Source: a virus
IMG/VR virus record: IMGVR_UViG_3300044724_004793
Coordinates: 46,871-110,870 of that record
Length of the DNA stretch: 64,000 bases
Direction: 5' to 3' (one strand)
Shown: in pieces, positions 18,830 to 29,014 of the stretch
Layout: each line of letters opens with the position of its first letter
Numbering within the stretch: the stretch's first letter is position 1
Notes under the pieces: generated by a model
Seen by the model: the letters and a program-made list of their open reading frames with translations, nothing else
Databases searched by the model: none
Told to the model about the DNA's origin: nothing
Translations under genes and position numbers: made by a program

Positions 18830-19632
18830 TGGCTTTTAATAATATTATGCAGTTAGCCTGTGCTGAATTAAGTAAAACTACACAAGGCACAGTAGTTGAG
18901 TGGGGCAATCAACGTTTTCGTTACACAGAGAGTTGGGTGCAACAGTGCAGTGAACGTGCTGGCAAACCTATACGCAAACCTGTAAAGTACGTATGGGAAT
19001 ATTTTGAAGATTTGGGCTTTCCAGAATACTTGGCTATAGACATTAATACTGAACTACGCAGCATTGCAATGGACTTAAACTTTATTCTCAAAGACAAGTA
19101 CAACTATACTGAACAGTTTGATCTAGTAACAAACAACGGCACAGGCGAACATATATTTGACCAACGTACAGTATTTGAAAACATGCACAACCTATGTTGT
19201 GCGGGCGGTGTCATGCTTTGCGTGTTACCATTTGCTCCCTGGATCAATCACGGCTTTTACAACTATCATCCTACACTATTCAGAGACATTGCCGCAGCAA
19301 ACGGCTATGAATGGCAGTTCTTATGGCTGGCACAAAACACAGGCAAGTATGTTGACATGCCATACTCAATGGATGGTTGGGCAAACTTTGAGCAAAAGAA
19401 ACCACGCTTGCCACTTAGCGATTTAGAACAGGCGTATGATGAATTACATACAAGAGATAACAGGGCTCAAAATATTAGTATTGTAACAGCATATCGTAAA
19501 ACATCAGATGCGGCATTTAACATACCTATGCAAGGACGTTATGTAAATGACGTTGTTGATGAATTAAAAACTGAATATAGCAACTCTAACGTTGATGTAA
19601 GACAAAAGGATCACACCAGCGCAACTTATTAG
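18829..19632 (+). CDS. Methyltransferase-like protein
   Basis: FDLVTNNGTGEHIFDQ...MHNLC..GG; HGFYNY. Confidence 0.7.
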   Translation: MAFNNIMQLACAELSKTTQGTVVEWGNQRFRYTESWVQQCSERAGKPIRKPVKYVWEYFEDLGFPEYLAIDINTELRSIAMDLNFILKDKYNYTEQFDLVTNNGTGEHIFDQRTVFENMHNLCCAGGVMLCVLPFAPWINHGFYNYHPTLFRDIAAANGYEWQFLWLAQNTGKYVDMPYSMDGWANFEQKKPRLPLSDLEQAYDELHTRDNRAQNISIVTAYRKTSDAAFNIPMQGRYVNDVVDELKTEYSNSNVDVRQKDHTSATY

Positions 19633-19642
19633 TAAATAATAC

Positions 19643-21244
19643 ATGATCCCAAGAATTTTACTAGTTTATCCCAATCTACCTCTGATGATGTCGCCAGCAA
19701 TGAGCATGGCGATACTAAACGCTATTGGCAAGCGTGAAGGCTGTCTAGTAGAAATATTTGAAACTACACAGTATAGCAGCGAATTTAGTAACAAGCACAT
19801 TAGGCAAAGTGAAATCGGTGCCGTTAGGGCCAACAAAGATGACGAGGTCAAAGACATGTTTTATGTTGCTGACCCAGATCAAATTATTCCAGATTTCCTA
19901 GAACATGTAAATCAATTTAAACCAGACCTAATTATGATGAGTGTCCAAGAGGACGTTTATCGTATAGGACTACAACTACTAGACAGCATAAAACACTTAA
20001 AAATACCAAACATACTGGGCGGTGTGCTAGTAATGAGCGATCCTGCACTTGTGATTGCAAATCCACTTGTAGATCAGGTTTGTGTATACGAAGGAGAGCG
20101 TGTAGCAGTTGATATGATTAACTGTATTAAAGCAGGCACAACCACAAAGTATGTAAAAGGCACCTGGTACAGTGACAGCAATGGCATACACAAAAATTCT
20201 CCACAACCCTTAACAAACATAGAAGAAGTTATACCAGACTATACCTGCTTTGAAGTAAAACGCTGGAACAGACCCATGGGCGGCAGAACATTTAATGCTG
20301 CTGTGAGCATGGAAACATACCGTGGATGTCCTTACAACTGCACATACTGTAATAGTCCAAACACCAGAAACATAGCAAATGTATTTGAAGTGGGTAACTT
20401 TATCCGTCGCAAAAACGCCGGTCGTGTAGAGCAAGAACTACTGGAGTTTAAAGAGCTGTACAATCCTGATCTTATAATGATACAGGATGACAGTTTCCTG
20501 GCTCGCCCTGCAAAAGAAGTATACGATTTTTGTGAGATGTGGGGCAAGTATAAGATACCATTCTGGATGAATACCCGAATAGAAAATTGTAGACCAGAGT
20601 ATTTGGCTGCACTAAAACAGGCAGGTATATATCGTATCAGTTTGGGTATTGAAAGCGGCAACGCAGAGTACAGAGAAAATGTGCTTATGCGTAAAGTTAA
20701 AAACGAAAAGTATGCAGAATTTTTAGGACATATTAACGACAGTAATATACCATATGGACTTAATGTTATTGTGGGCATGCCATTTGAAACCAGAGACATG
20801 ATAATGGAAACTGCACAAATGGTCAGAGATGCCAGAGGATATGATGGCATTAACATTAGCATATTCCAGCCCTACCGCGGAACCAAACTCAGACAGATAG
20901 CAGTAGACGCTGGCTTTATGGATCCGGATCACATAAATGGCTGGGACAGTGGAGAGATAGGCGGCGGCTTTATGGACAAGTGGGCACTTACCATGCCTGA
21001 ACCTTATATACAACAATCTGATCTGAATGGCATAATTAAAACATTTGCACTGTACTGTTTTTATGATGACGAACACTGGCCCAGAATAAGACTGGCAGAG
21101 ACAGATGAACAACTAAGACAGGAATATATGCAGGACTATACCAGTAAGTTTTTTGATCAGTACCAACAGGGCGGTGCAGATCGTATACAAAAGTTCTGTG
21201 CATTACACGATCACACCAGCACTTACCACTGGGAAGTAGCATGA
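19643..21244 (+). CDS. Cobalamin-binding radical SAM protein (class B methylase-like)
   Basis: N-terminal B12-binding-like region (ILGG, YEGE), RGCPYNCTYC, QDDSF, GIESG, GMPFET, PYRGT. Confidence 0.85.
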   Translation: MIPRILLVYPNLPLMMSPAMSMAILNAIGKREGCLVEIFETTQYSSEFSNKHIRQSEIGAVRANKDDEVKDMFYVADPDQIIPDFLEHVNQFKPDLIMMSVQEDVYRIGLQLLDSIKHLKIPNILGGVLVMSDPALVIANPLVDQVCVYEGERVAVDMINCIKAGTTTKYVKGTWYSDSNGIHKNSPQPLTNIEEVIPDYTCFEVKRWNRPMGGRTFNAAVSMETYRGCPYNCTYCNSPNTRNIANVFEVGNFIRRKNAGRVEQELLEFKELYNPDLIMIQDDSFLARPAKEVYDFCEMWGKYKIPFWMNTRIENCRPEYLAALKQAGIYRISLGIESGNAEYRENVLMRKVKNEKYAEFLGHINDSNIPYGLNVIVGMPFETRDMIMETAQMVRDARGYDGINISIFQPYRGTKLRQIAVDAGFMDPDHINGWDSGEIGGGFMDKWALTMPEPYIQQSDLNGIIKTFALYCFYDDEHWPRIRLAETDEQLRQEYMQDYTSKFFDQYQQGGADRIQKFCALHDHTSTYHWEVA

Positions 21245-22167
21245 AGGTACTAGCATTTAGACATCAGTTTCAGGGTGCTTTAAAACAGATGGAGTTTGTC
21301 CATCCTGACTTACAGATAGTAGACTGGTTTGACAATCCCTATCCAGAAGCAGATCATTATATTACCTGCAACATATACTGTGACAAGTTCAGAGAAGATC
21401 CAGTGTTTGACTTTGTGTTAAACACTGGTAAGCCCTACATGATATTTGAGACCGCGGTATTTAAAAGACAAGCACGTAATGGTGCCTGGAAAGACTGGCA
21501 GTGGAGACTGGGTTGGTGGCATTTGCTTGCACCTGGTAAGTTTAACAATGTTAATTCGCCCAGTGACAGATGGCTAGCACTCAAAGCTAAACAGCAATTA
21601 GAAGTAAAGCCCTGGCGTAAGAGTGGCACACACATACTGATACCATTACAAAAGAATAATGACAGTGTGGTTCAGAGTATGATGGACAGATACGGCAGTA
21701 TGCGTAACTGGCTTAATACAACAATAACAGACATACGCAAGTACAGTGATCGCCCTATACTGATACGACCTAGTGCTAAAACAAACCCATTAAGCTGGGC
21801 AGATGCAAAAAGACTGCCAGGAGTGTCGATAAGTAAGACATATAAAGATAACCCAAGTACAGACGGAACTAAGTTTACAAAGAATATAGAAGGGGGACCA
21901 GGGTTATTGACAGAGCTAGCAGATGCATGGGCAGTAGTTGGATATAACACCAGCACGTTGTTTGAGAGTATTACAGATGGTATACCAACAGTAAGTTTAG
22001 ATCCAGACGCACTTACTGGGCCCTGTAGTATCCCTATAGAACTAATAGAAGATCCTCCCATGGATATAGAACGTGAACAATGGTTATATGATATGGCATA
22101 TATTAGCTGGAGTATGGACGAAATACAACGTGGTGTTGCCTGGGAACATCTTAAGGGAAAGTACTAA
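21241..22167 (+). CDS. Capsule-polysaccharide-modification-like protein (paralog of 13633)
   Basis: KPWR..G.HILIPLQK.ND, RPILIRP, VGYNTSTLFESITDGIP. Confidence 0.55.
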   Translation: MKVLAFRHQFQGALKQMEFVHPDLQIVDWFDNPYPEADHYITCNIYCDKFREDPVFDFVLNTGKPYMIFETAVFKRQARNGAWKDWQWRLGWWHLLAPGKFNNVNSPSDRWLALKAKQQLEVKPWRKSGTHILIPLQKNNDSVVQSMMDRYGSMRNWLNTTITDIRKYSDRPILIRPSAKTNPLSWADAKRLPGVSISKTYKDNPSTDGTKFTKNIEGGPGLLTELADAWAVVGYNTSTLFESITDGIPTVSLDPDALTGPCSIPIELIEDPPMDIEREQWLYDMAYISWSMDEIQRGVAWEHLKGKY

Positions 22168-23123
22168 TGCAGGAGATAGATAGGGCAGTTATAGAGATAA
22201 ATGGCGGATGTAATTATACCTGTCAGATGTGTCCACAAACCAATCCTGATGGCACCACAGGTGCCAGAGGCAAAGGCTGGCTACGCAAAATGCCACTGGA
22301 CATGTTTGAGAGAGCAGTAGCAGAATGTGCTGAAGCTGGTCTAAACGTTGTAAACTTGGACGGCAGTGGCGAAGCGACTCTTAATAGAAACTTGCCAGAC
22401 TATATTAGTATTGTTAAAAAGTATGGCGCAAAATGTTATATATTCAGCAACGGATTTCGCATGCAGGATCAGTTCATGCATGAATGTGTGGATGCAGGTC
22501 TGGACTTTTATCGCTTTAGTATTATTGGATACAATAGGGAAAAGTACAAAGAATGGATGAATGTAGATAACTTTGATAATGTGTTGCAAAACCTAAATGC
22601 TATGGTAGAGTATGCTACTAACACCAACTGTCAGGTTGCAACCTATCATCTTATCCTGGATAACGACAACATAGAATATGAAACAGAGCAATACAAAAAG
22701 ATAGTGGAGGCCGCAGGCTGTGCTACAGAAATATGGAAAATGCACAACTGGAGCGGAGTATACGAACCAGACTATAACAGATCCGGCAGAATTAAAACAT
22801 GTGGCAGACCCTTTAGTCCTGACATTGTTATAAGAGCAGGTGGAAACGGTGGCAAAACAGGTGCTGTGCATCCTTGTTGTCAGGTACTGGGAAATGACAG
22901 TGCGGCTGTGCTAGGACATTTTAGCGAGCAAAGTGTGCAAGAAATAATGACCGGAGAGCTGTATGAAGACCTCAGAGAAAAACATCGTACAGGCAACTAT
23001 CCAGACTACTGCAAGAGCTGTGATTTCTTAGTGGACGATCCAGAAACTATGGTATACACAAACAGTGGGCGCAGTGAGATGCACATGAATGGAACCAAGT
23101 TTAGCCTAAACGATTACAGATAA
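22167..23123 (+). CDS. Radical SAM/SPASM protein
   Basis: CNYTCQMC, GSGEA, C-terminal CGRPF...PCC...CKSC. Confidence 0.85.
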   Translation: MQEIDRAVIEINGGCNYTCQMCPQTNPDGTTGARGKGWLRKMPLDMFERAVAECAEAGLNVVNLDGSGEATLNRNLPDYISIVKKYGAKCYIFSNGFRMQDQFMHECVDAGLDFYRFSIIGYNREKYKEWMNVDNFDNVLQNLNAMVEYATNTNCQVATYHLILDNDNIEYETEQYKKIVEAAGCATEIWKMHNWSGVYEPDYNRSGRIKTCGRPFSPDIVIRAGGNGGKTGAVHPCCQVLGNDSAAVLGHFSEQSVQEIMTGELYEDLREKHRTGNYPDYCKSCDFLVDDPETMVYTNSGRSEMHMNGTKFSLNDYR

Positions 23124-23129
23124 TGTTCA

Positions 23130-23831
23130 ATGCTAATTGAAGACTTTGACATATACACTCGTAGATCCAATCAGTCACATCAGTGTGTACACTGCTATAC
23201 ACAAGAGCTGCTACCCTACTGGGCAAACTTTAACAGTTGGGGATTCCGCGGACCTGAATACACAGACCTTGTGGGCAAGCCAGTAAACATATGCTTGGGA
23301 GATAGTTTCACAGTTAATCAAGGAGACGATGTACACAATAGTTGGGCCAGTCAGTTGGCAAAACACTTGGATACTCCCACAATTAATTTGGCAGTTGACG
23401 GTGCAGGCAACGATACCATACGTATAATCCATGACCGTGCACAAGAAATATTTGATGTGCAACAGGTATTTGTGATGTACAGTTACTTTTTTAGACGATT
23501 AGACAATGGTGTGCTTACTACACACAGAGATATTAACTTAAAAGATAACATAGAATTTTTTTTAGATAACTATATTAAACACGCACATTATACTTTTATA
23601 CCAGAATGGTGTTGGCGTAAAGAAGAAATAGACTATTTACAAAAGGAACACAGCAATCACTTGCCTGATTGTTATGTGTATTGGAAACTGCCATTGACAG
23701 CAAAAATTAAACATAGAATATTTCATTTACAGGATCGTAAAGTAGACGTGTTCAACGACGACTTACATCATATGAATAAGAAACGTAATCAACAGATTGC
23801 GGAATACTTCCTGGAGAAGTATAATGGTTAA
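23130..23831 (+). CDS. SGNH/GDSL-like protein
   Basis: CLGDSFT, NLAVDGAGND, DDLHH. Confidence 0.55.
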   Translation: MLIEDFDIYTRRSNQSHQCVHCYTQELLPYWANFNSWGFRGPEYTDLVGKPVNICLGDSFTVNQGDDVHNSWASQLAKHLDTPTINLAVDGAGNDTIRIIHDRAQEIFDVQQVFVMYSYFFRRLDNGVLTTHRDINLKDNIEFFLDNYIKHAHYTFIPEWCWRKEEIDYLQKEHSNHLPDCYVYWKLPLTAKIKHRIFHLQDRKVDVFNDDLHHMNKKRNQQIAEYFLEKYNG

Positions 23832-24882
23832 GTGGAATGATCATCACGAAAATAATCAGCAGATGATCAAAAAAATTATTCAACCCCAAGTATATAAGCG
23901 ACCCGATAGTATACCAGGTTGGGATAAGATGGAACCTGACATAAAGTTGCGGATCCGTAAACATTGGCGAGATCAAAATCGTGTAAATCAGTTTGTTATT
24001 ACTGGACTAGTTGATGATATTATATATTTAAGAAGTTTAGATGGCAGAAAAGAAATACTGAGTGCTTATGGATATCAGGCAATAAAAAGTTTGGGCGATG
24101 GCAAAGATGGAAAAACATTTTTTGCTCATCCGTACTTGGATCAGCATAAAACATACGTTGTTAAAACACTAAGCACTTACGCAAAAACTTATATCATATT
24201 ACAACTTATGTTACAACAAATCTGTCAATTGCCTAATAAGCATAATGCATTACAGACGTTTAAACTTGACGATAACCAGATGAATCACATGTGGTATACT
24301 GCTAATGCCCCATTCAATAAAATAACTAAAAATGACAACTCATGGTATGATGCTCTATCAGAAGTATGCAGATTAAACAGTTGGCTATGCAAGAATTATG
24401 GATTACTATTCTGGGACTTTGGGTTTAACAATGGTAAGAACTATATGTTAGACAACGATCAAAATATGATGTGGGTAGATTACGGTGGTGCTGGGGTGGT
24501 TAGAACTGAAAGATATGACACAACTATTGAACCCAAAGGTGATCGTTGGAATACAGAAAAATTAAATCTCAAAAATACACTGGATAACAAACAGTGTTTA
24601 GTGGATGCTTATGATAATTTTTTAAAAATTGCATTTTTCCTACACCTACAATTTTGGGCAGATACGCACAACGAGGAAAAAACTAATATCAGCGTGTGGA
24701 TGAGTGTTGCACAGATTAATAAGTCAGTAACAGATGAAATATTCTATCAAAATCTTTCAAATAAATTAACCTCTGTATGGATAGTAGAGATGTATGAATT
24801 ATTCAAAAATCATGACTTTACAGACTGGGTAACCTGGAAAATAATGGGAAAGTATATTAATAGTAATGTTAAAAACACTTGA
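23824..24882 (+). CDS. Protein-kinase-like-fold protein
   Basis: LGDGKDG Gly loop, YVVK, FWDFG..N.KNY, WVDYGG. Confidence 0.6.
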   Translation: MVKWNDHHENNQQMIKKIIQPQVYKRPDSIPGWDKMEPDIKLRIRKHWRDQNRVNQFVITGLVDDIIYLRSLDGRKEILSAYGYQAIKSLGDGKDGKTFFAHPYLDQHKTYVVKTLSTYAKTYIILQLMLQQICQLPNKHNALQTFKLDDNQMNHMWYTANAPFNKITKNDNSWYDALSEVCRLNSWLCKNYGLLFWDFGFNNGKNYMLDNDQNMMWVDYGGAGVVRTERYDTTIEPKGDRWNTEKLNLKNTLDNKQCLVDAYDNFLKIAFFLHLQFWADTHNEEKTNISVWMSVAQINKSVTDEIFYQNLSNKLTSVWIVEMYELFKNHDFTDWVTWKIMGKYINSNVKNT

Positions 24883-25543
24883 ACGAGCAGATATAGACAG
24901 TATTAACTTTGGTGGTTATGATAATCCCGTTACTGAAGTACGTGGGTATCAAAATTACGACATCACTGATATTGGCATTACTAGTATGAATAATCCAGGA
25001 CCATTGCGTCCATGGACAGATACTAAAATTAAATCGGAGTTTTTTCAGGAAATATTAGATATAGTTAAACCAAAAACCTATGCAGACTTTGGCAGCAATC
25101 TAGGATACTATGTATTCCATGCTGCGTTCAAAGGTATTGAAAGTGTTGGTGTTGATTATAACAGAGAATACATTAGCATATGCGAGGGTTTAAAAGCTAG
25201 GCATGGACTTACAAGAACGAGTTGGGAAAATACCAATTTAGAATTCTGGAGTGAAACTTCCGGCCAAGTTGATTTCCTAACAGTATTTAATGTAATACAT
25301 CACTTGTACAATCGCACAGAGCAGTATAAGGATATGACTAAGCTAGTTAGAGATTTTGCACGTAAGGGTCGTAGAGTACTATTTGAATTTCCTACTGAAC
25401 GTGATAAAAAAGGTTACAAATGGACAATGAATACTGATTATAGTCAGGCACTATTTGAAGATAGTTTAACAGCATGGTTTACAACATGGTCAATACTACC
25501 GGGGCAAACTGAAGAAAGACCCTACTATCTTTGCTATGCTTAA
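24866..25543 (+). CDS. SAM methyltransferase (WbdD-N-like)
   Basis: ADFGSNLGYY, VGVDYN, FLTVFNVIHHL, LFEFP. Confidence 0.75.
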   Translation: MLKTLERADIDSINFGGYDNPVTEVRGYQNYDITDIGITSMNNPGPLRPWTDTKIKSEFFQEILDIVKPKTYADFGSNLGYYVFHAAFKGIESVGVDYNREYISICEGLKARHGLTRTSWENTNLEFWSETSGQVDFLTVFNVIHHLYNRTEQYKDMTKLVRDFARKGRRVLFEFPTERDKKGYKWTMNTDYSQALFEDSLTAWFTTWSILPGQTEERPYYLCYA

Positions 25544-26345
25544 TTTATACTATAACACATATCAACCTGATAGCAAATGTAATTGGGTTATGGACAGTCT
25601 TAAAGAGGGCTGGCCAGACAGTGAATACGCAGCGTATACTCAGACATACTATGGTTACCCTGCTGCCTACTGGGGATTTATAAATAGCAATAAAAATAAC
25701 ATACTAAGACATATTGATAATGGTGTAGACTGGTGGTTTTGGGACATGCCATTCTGGGGTCGCTGGAGCAGACATACTGATCGAGAACACTATTGGCATG
25801 TTGCAAAGAATAATATATATCCTACTCTAGTACATGACTGTCCAAGTGATAGATTTGATGCAAGCGGACTTAAACCAAAGCCCTATAAATCTGGTGAATA
25901 TATTTTAATTTGTCCTAGTAGCGATACTATGACACGCTGGGTAACTGGTGAAGGCGACAAAGACTGGGTAGAAGATACGGTCACCGAGATTAAAAAATAT
26001 ACAGACAGACCTATAAAAATAAGATACAAACCCAGAGCTAATGGTATAAGCGGACCTGATGCAGAGATATTAACTGGTATGGGTAGTGTACATGAATTAT
26101 TTGAAGATGCCCACTGCGTGGTTACAACTGTAAGTTTAGTAGCATTTGAAGCACAACTAGCAGGAGTGCCTACTTTTTGTAACCCTAAAAGTTTTGCTGT
26201 CGAAGTAAGTGAAACTAATTTAAGTAAAATTGAAACACCCAAACAAGCAGACAGACAGCCCTGGTTTAACTGGCTAGGCTATAACCAATTTACTGAGAAA
26301 GAAATACGTTCAGGCTTTGCCTATGAAACGTTGAAAAATCAATGA
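25536..26345 (+). CDS. Capsule-polysaccharide-modification-like protein (paralog)
   Basis: YILICPS, RPIKIRYKP, CVVTTVSLVAFEAQLAGVP, YNQFT..EI. Confidence 0.55.
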   Translation: MLNLYYNTYQPDSKCNWVMDSLKEGWPDSEYAAYTQTYYGYPAAYWGFINSNKNNILRHIDNGVDWWFWDMPFWGRWSRHTDREHYWHVAKNNIYPTLVHDCPSDRFDASGLKPKPYKSGEYILICPSSDTMTRWVTGEGDKDWVEDTVTEIKKYTDRPIKIRYKPRANGISGPDAEILTGMGSVHELFEDAHCVVTTVSLVAFEAQLAGVPTFCNPKSFAVEVSETNLSKIETPKQADRQPWFNWLGYNQFTEKEIRSGFAYETLKNQ

Positions 26346-27268
26346 AAAAAACACTTATTTGTTATACAACTAATAGACCTAAGACAACTAATATCGTTGC
26401 AAATTTTGCCAGGGGCGTTAATAGAACAGGTGGGGACTATGCTGCTGAAGTGGTTGAAATAGATCAATTTAAATTAAAAGGTTTCCCACGACACACTTCC
26501 GCTGTTATGAGTTTGGGAATTTTGCGAGGTACCGGATTGATGTTTCAAGCCGCAGCCAAATTAGGAATGGATAGATATTTTTTAGATCACGCATACTTTA
26601 ATCCAGGATATAATGGAAAAGGATGGTTGCGACTATTAAAGAATTCACATACTATGAATTGGATTGGTGCTAGTGATGGAGAACGCTGGGAAGGTAGTTT
26701 TCGCCCTCATCAGCTAGTGACCCCTTGGCGAACAGGATCTGAACGCGGAAAACATATAATTGTGTGTCCTCCTACTGATGCGATTGGTTGGTATATGAAT
26801 TGCAGGGATTGGGAAACTAAAGTAGTTGAATACTTGAAATCAATAATACCAGAAACTGATCATAACTTGATAGTTATCCGCCGCAAACCCGGAGGCCCCA
26901 TTGTAGATAACAAGGGTAATTTAATTGGAAAAGAATCAGGCCCTACCCTGCCTGCATTTGACGATGAATTAAAAACTACAAATTTCTTAGTAGTACACAA
27001 TAGTATGGTTGCATTAGAAGCCACACGTAAAGGATATCCTGTTATTACGGATGTGCACAACAGTTGTTATAGCATTAGTAATGGCTGGAATGATATTCTT
27101 GCATTACACAATAAACATGCTGAATTTGATAAAGAGCCCAGTAGACGTGAGTTATTTTACTGGTTAAGTGATAATCAGTTTACATTTAAAGAGATAAAAA
27201 GTGGCGATGCTTGGTTGAAAGTAATTAACACGGAACCACCTGTTATAGACTATCACCAACCTTTTTAG
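26342..27268 (+). CDS. Capsule-polysaccharide-modification-like protein (paralog)
   Basis: GILRGT, DHAYF, HIIVCPP, VHNSMVALEA..KGYP, NQFT..EI. Confidence 0.55.
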   Translation: MKKTLICYTTNRPKTTNIVANFARGVNRTGGDYAAEVVEIDQFKLKGFPRHTSAVMSLGILRGTGLMFQAAAKLGMDRYFLDHAYFNPGYNGKGWLRLLKNSHTMNWIGASDGERWEGSFRPHQLVTPWRTGSERGKHIIVCPPTDAIGWYMNCRDWETKVVEYLKSIIPETDHNLIVIRRKPGGPIVDNKGNLIGKESGPTLPAFDDELKTTNFLVVHNSMVALEATRKGYPVITDVHNSCYSISNGWNDILALHNKHAEFDKEPSRRELFYWLSDNQFTFKEIKSGDAWLKVINTEPPVIDYHQPF

Positions 27269-28299
27269 ATTGTAGAAGCCCACTTTTTAAATGCTTCTAA
27301 ATTATTGATATACCACGGGCTGTTGTAATTACTGCGGCCCTGCTCCTCGTCTACAAAACAAACCTTGCCTGGATAGCAATTAATAATGGAACGCATATGA
27401 CTAGGATGTGTACATATGTGTCTAGGATGTGACTGTACTGGAAATCCAAACCCAGGAGTATGTATGCCACCTACATCAAGTGGCTGTCCTATACGCCATA
27501 ATATATTCGTAACACCAGCACCAGCAGTACTAATATACTTGTTCATACGACTAAACATACTAATTTTCTCGCCCAAGCTATAGTTTTCTCCAAACACCTC
27601 TGCGTATCCTAGATCCCCAAGTATCTCTACGATTTCATTTTCGTTGGTAATGCCACGTTTAACTGTATTATCTTCGCCAATAACTTCCTTGCGGTTATTG
27701 AGGGGATTAGCATGAGCCCGTCTGCTCAAGTAGATATTATCATGTGTATTGACGTTGGGGTATTTACGTCTACTCGTCTCAACGAGTTGGCGTATTATTT
27801 CATATACACCATCAGCTGGTCGACATCTTTTGCCGGTTTCATTTTGCACCAGTGTGTCACTAAAATATACAGTTTCGTATAGATAGTTTTCGTTGGTAAA
27901 CTCATATTCAATATCTAATAGATCAAGTATTTCAGTAACGAACGGAGGGTGTACGTCTATGCCACGTGGATTTACGTTAAGCATGAACTTTAAATCAGGC
28001 TTGCTTTCTTTGAGTTGTAGATAATTGTATACTGGGCCTAATCCATCATTTATGCAATGATAATAATTCATTAAAGGAAACGTATACCAGTAAAAGTATT
28101 CTCCTGGAGCGTCTCTATATATGGGAACAAATGCTGGTTTTTGGAAATTTTTTGTTATTGCTCCTGCGCCCTTTCCTAGATGTGCAGGGATGTGATTGCC
28201 CTTGTGCACGAATACTTCCATCTTAGGACTTGTGTTAAAGTTGAGTATTTGCAGTTGGTCAAACCTTGCAATACCATCTTGCATATAATCTCTAATCAT
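27265..28299 (-). CDS. Glycosyltransferase family 61-like (DUF563)
   Basis: NYYH..ND, IYLSRR, RGITNENEI, EKISMF, GAGVTNILW. Confidence 0.7.
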   Translation of the reverse strand: MIRDYMQDGIARFDQLQILNFNTSPKMEVFVHKGNHIPAHLGKGAGAITKNFQKPAFVPIYRDAPGEYFYWYTFPLMNYYHCINDGLGPVYNYLQLKESKPDLKFMLNVNPRGIDVHPPFVTEILDLLDIEYEFTNENYLYETVYFSDTLVQNETGKRCRPADGVYEIIRQLVETSRRKYPNVNTHDNIYLSRRAHANPLNNRKEVIGEDNTVKRGITNENEIVEILGDLGYAEVFGENYSLGEKISMFSRMNKYISTAGAGVTNILWRIGQPLDVGGIHTPGFGFPVQSHPRHICTHPSHMRSIINCYPGKVCFVDEEQGRSNYNSPWYINNLEAFKKWASTI

Positions 28300-28982
28300 G
28301 ATGTGTATAAGTTAATCAGCTCTTTTTTCCATATGTGATCAAATTCGCAGTTACGAGTTTCTTCAAACCAAGGGCCGCCTTCTGTATAATGCAGGATCTT
28401 TGGCTCGCCATCATGTTCTATATCATACCAACCAACTAGCCAGTTATATGCGTGTGGTAGTTCGCCAATATCATCATCGTCTAACCATTCAAAACGGTGG
28501 AGAAAACTAGGACTAGCAGTATTAACTGTCTCTAAGTCTAGTGCTTTATTTTTAGGATGTGAGCAATTCCATAAGATCATCGAACTCCAGTTTTTCCGCG
28601 GGTAAGGCAACTGAGCTTGTCCGTCCATCTTAGTACTTTCAGTGGGCTCATACTCGTGTTTGACAACCATTACTGCCTTGCTGTCGTCTTTACGTCTAAA
28701 CAGATCTCTAGGATTAATTTGCCACACCATATCACAGTCACAAAATACCGCCCAGCCATTGTATTCATTAATATGTGGAACTAAGAAACGAGTTAGTGTA
28801 AATTCCGTGCTAGACAGTTTATCTTTATCACGCCAATAAAGTTTTTGTTCTCTTAGACTGTCTTGTTTTAAAGGAATAACATCGCCATCATATTCCTTAC
28901 TGCGTCTACGAATACTATGTTCGCAAACTTGGTAAGCAATATCTTCACGGCTATCCCAACCTACATAAATATTGTTATACAT
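28296..28982 (-). CDS. Glycosyltransferase (GT-A, GT8/CDI-like)
   Basis: YVGWDSRE, STEFTLTRFLVP, VFCDCD, YPRKNWSS, HYTEGGPWF. Confidence 0.8.
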   Translation of the reverse strand: MYNNIYVGWDSREDIAYQVCEHSIRRRSKEYDGDVIPLKQDSLREQKLYWRDKDKLSSTEFTLTRFLVPHINEYNGWAVFCDCDMVWQINPRDLFRRKDDSKAVMVVKHEYEPTESTKMDGQAQLPYPRKNWSSMILWNCSHPKNKALDLETVNTASPSFLHRFEWLDDDDIGELPHAYNWLVGWYDIEHDGEPKILHYTEGGPWFEETRNCEFDHIWKKELINLYTS

Positions 28983-29006
28983 AATATACCCACTTTATTA
29001 TAAGAG

Positions 29007-29014
29007 TATTTATA
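29007..29014 (-). promoter_or_regulatory. T4 late promoter TATAAATA on the minus strand
   Basis: TATTTATA on + strand, pointing into the 28982 gene. Confidence 0.6.
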
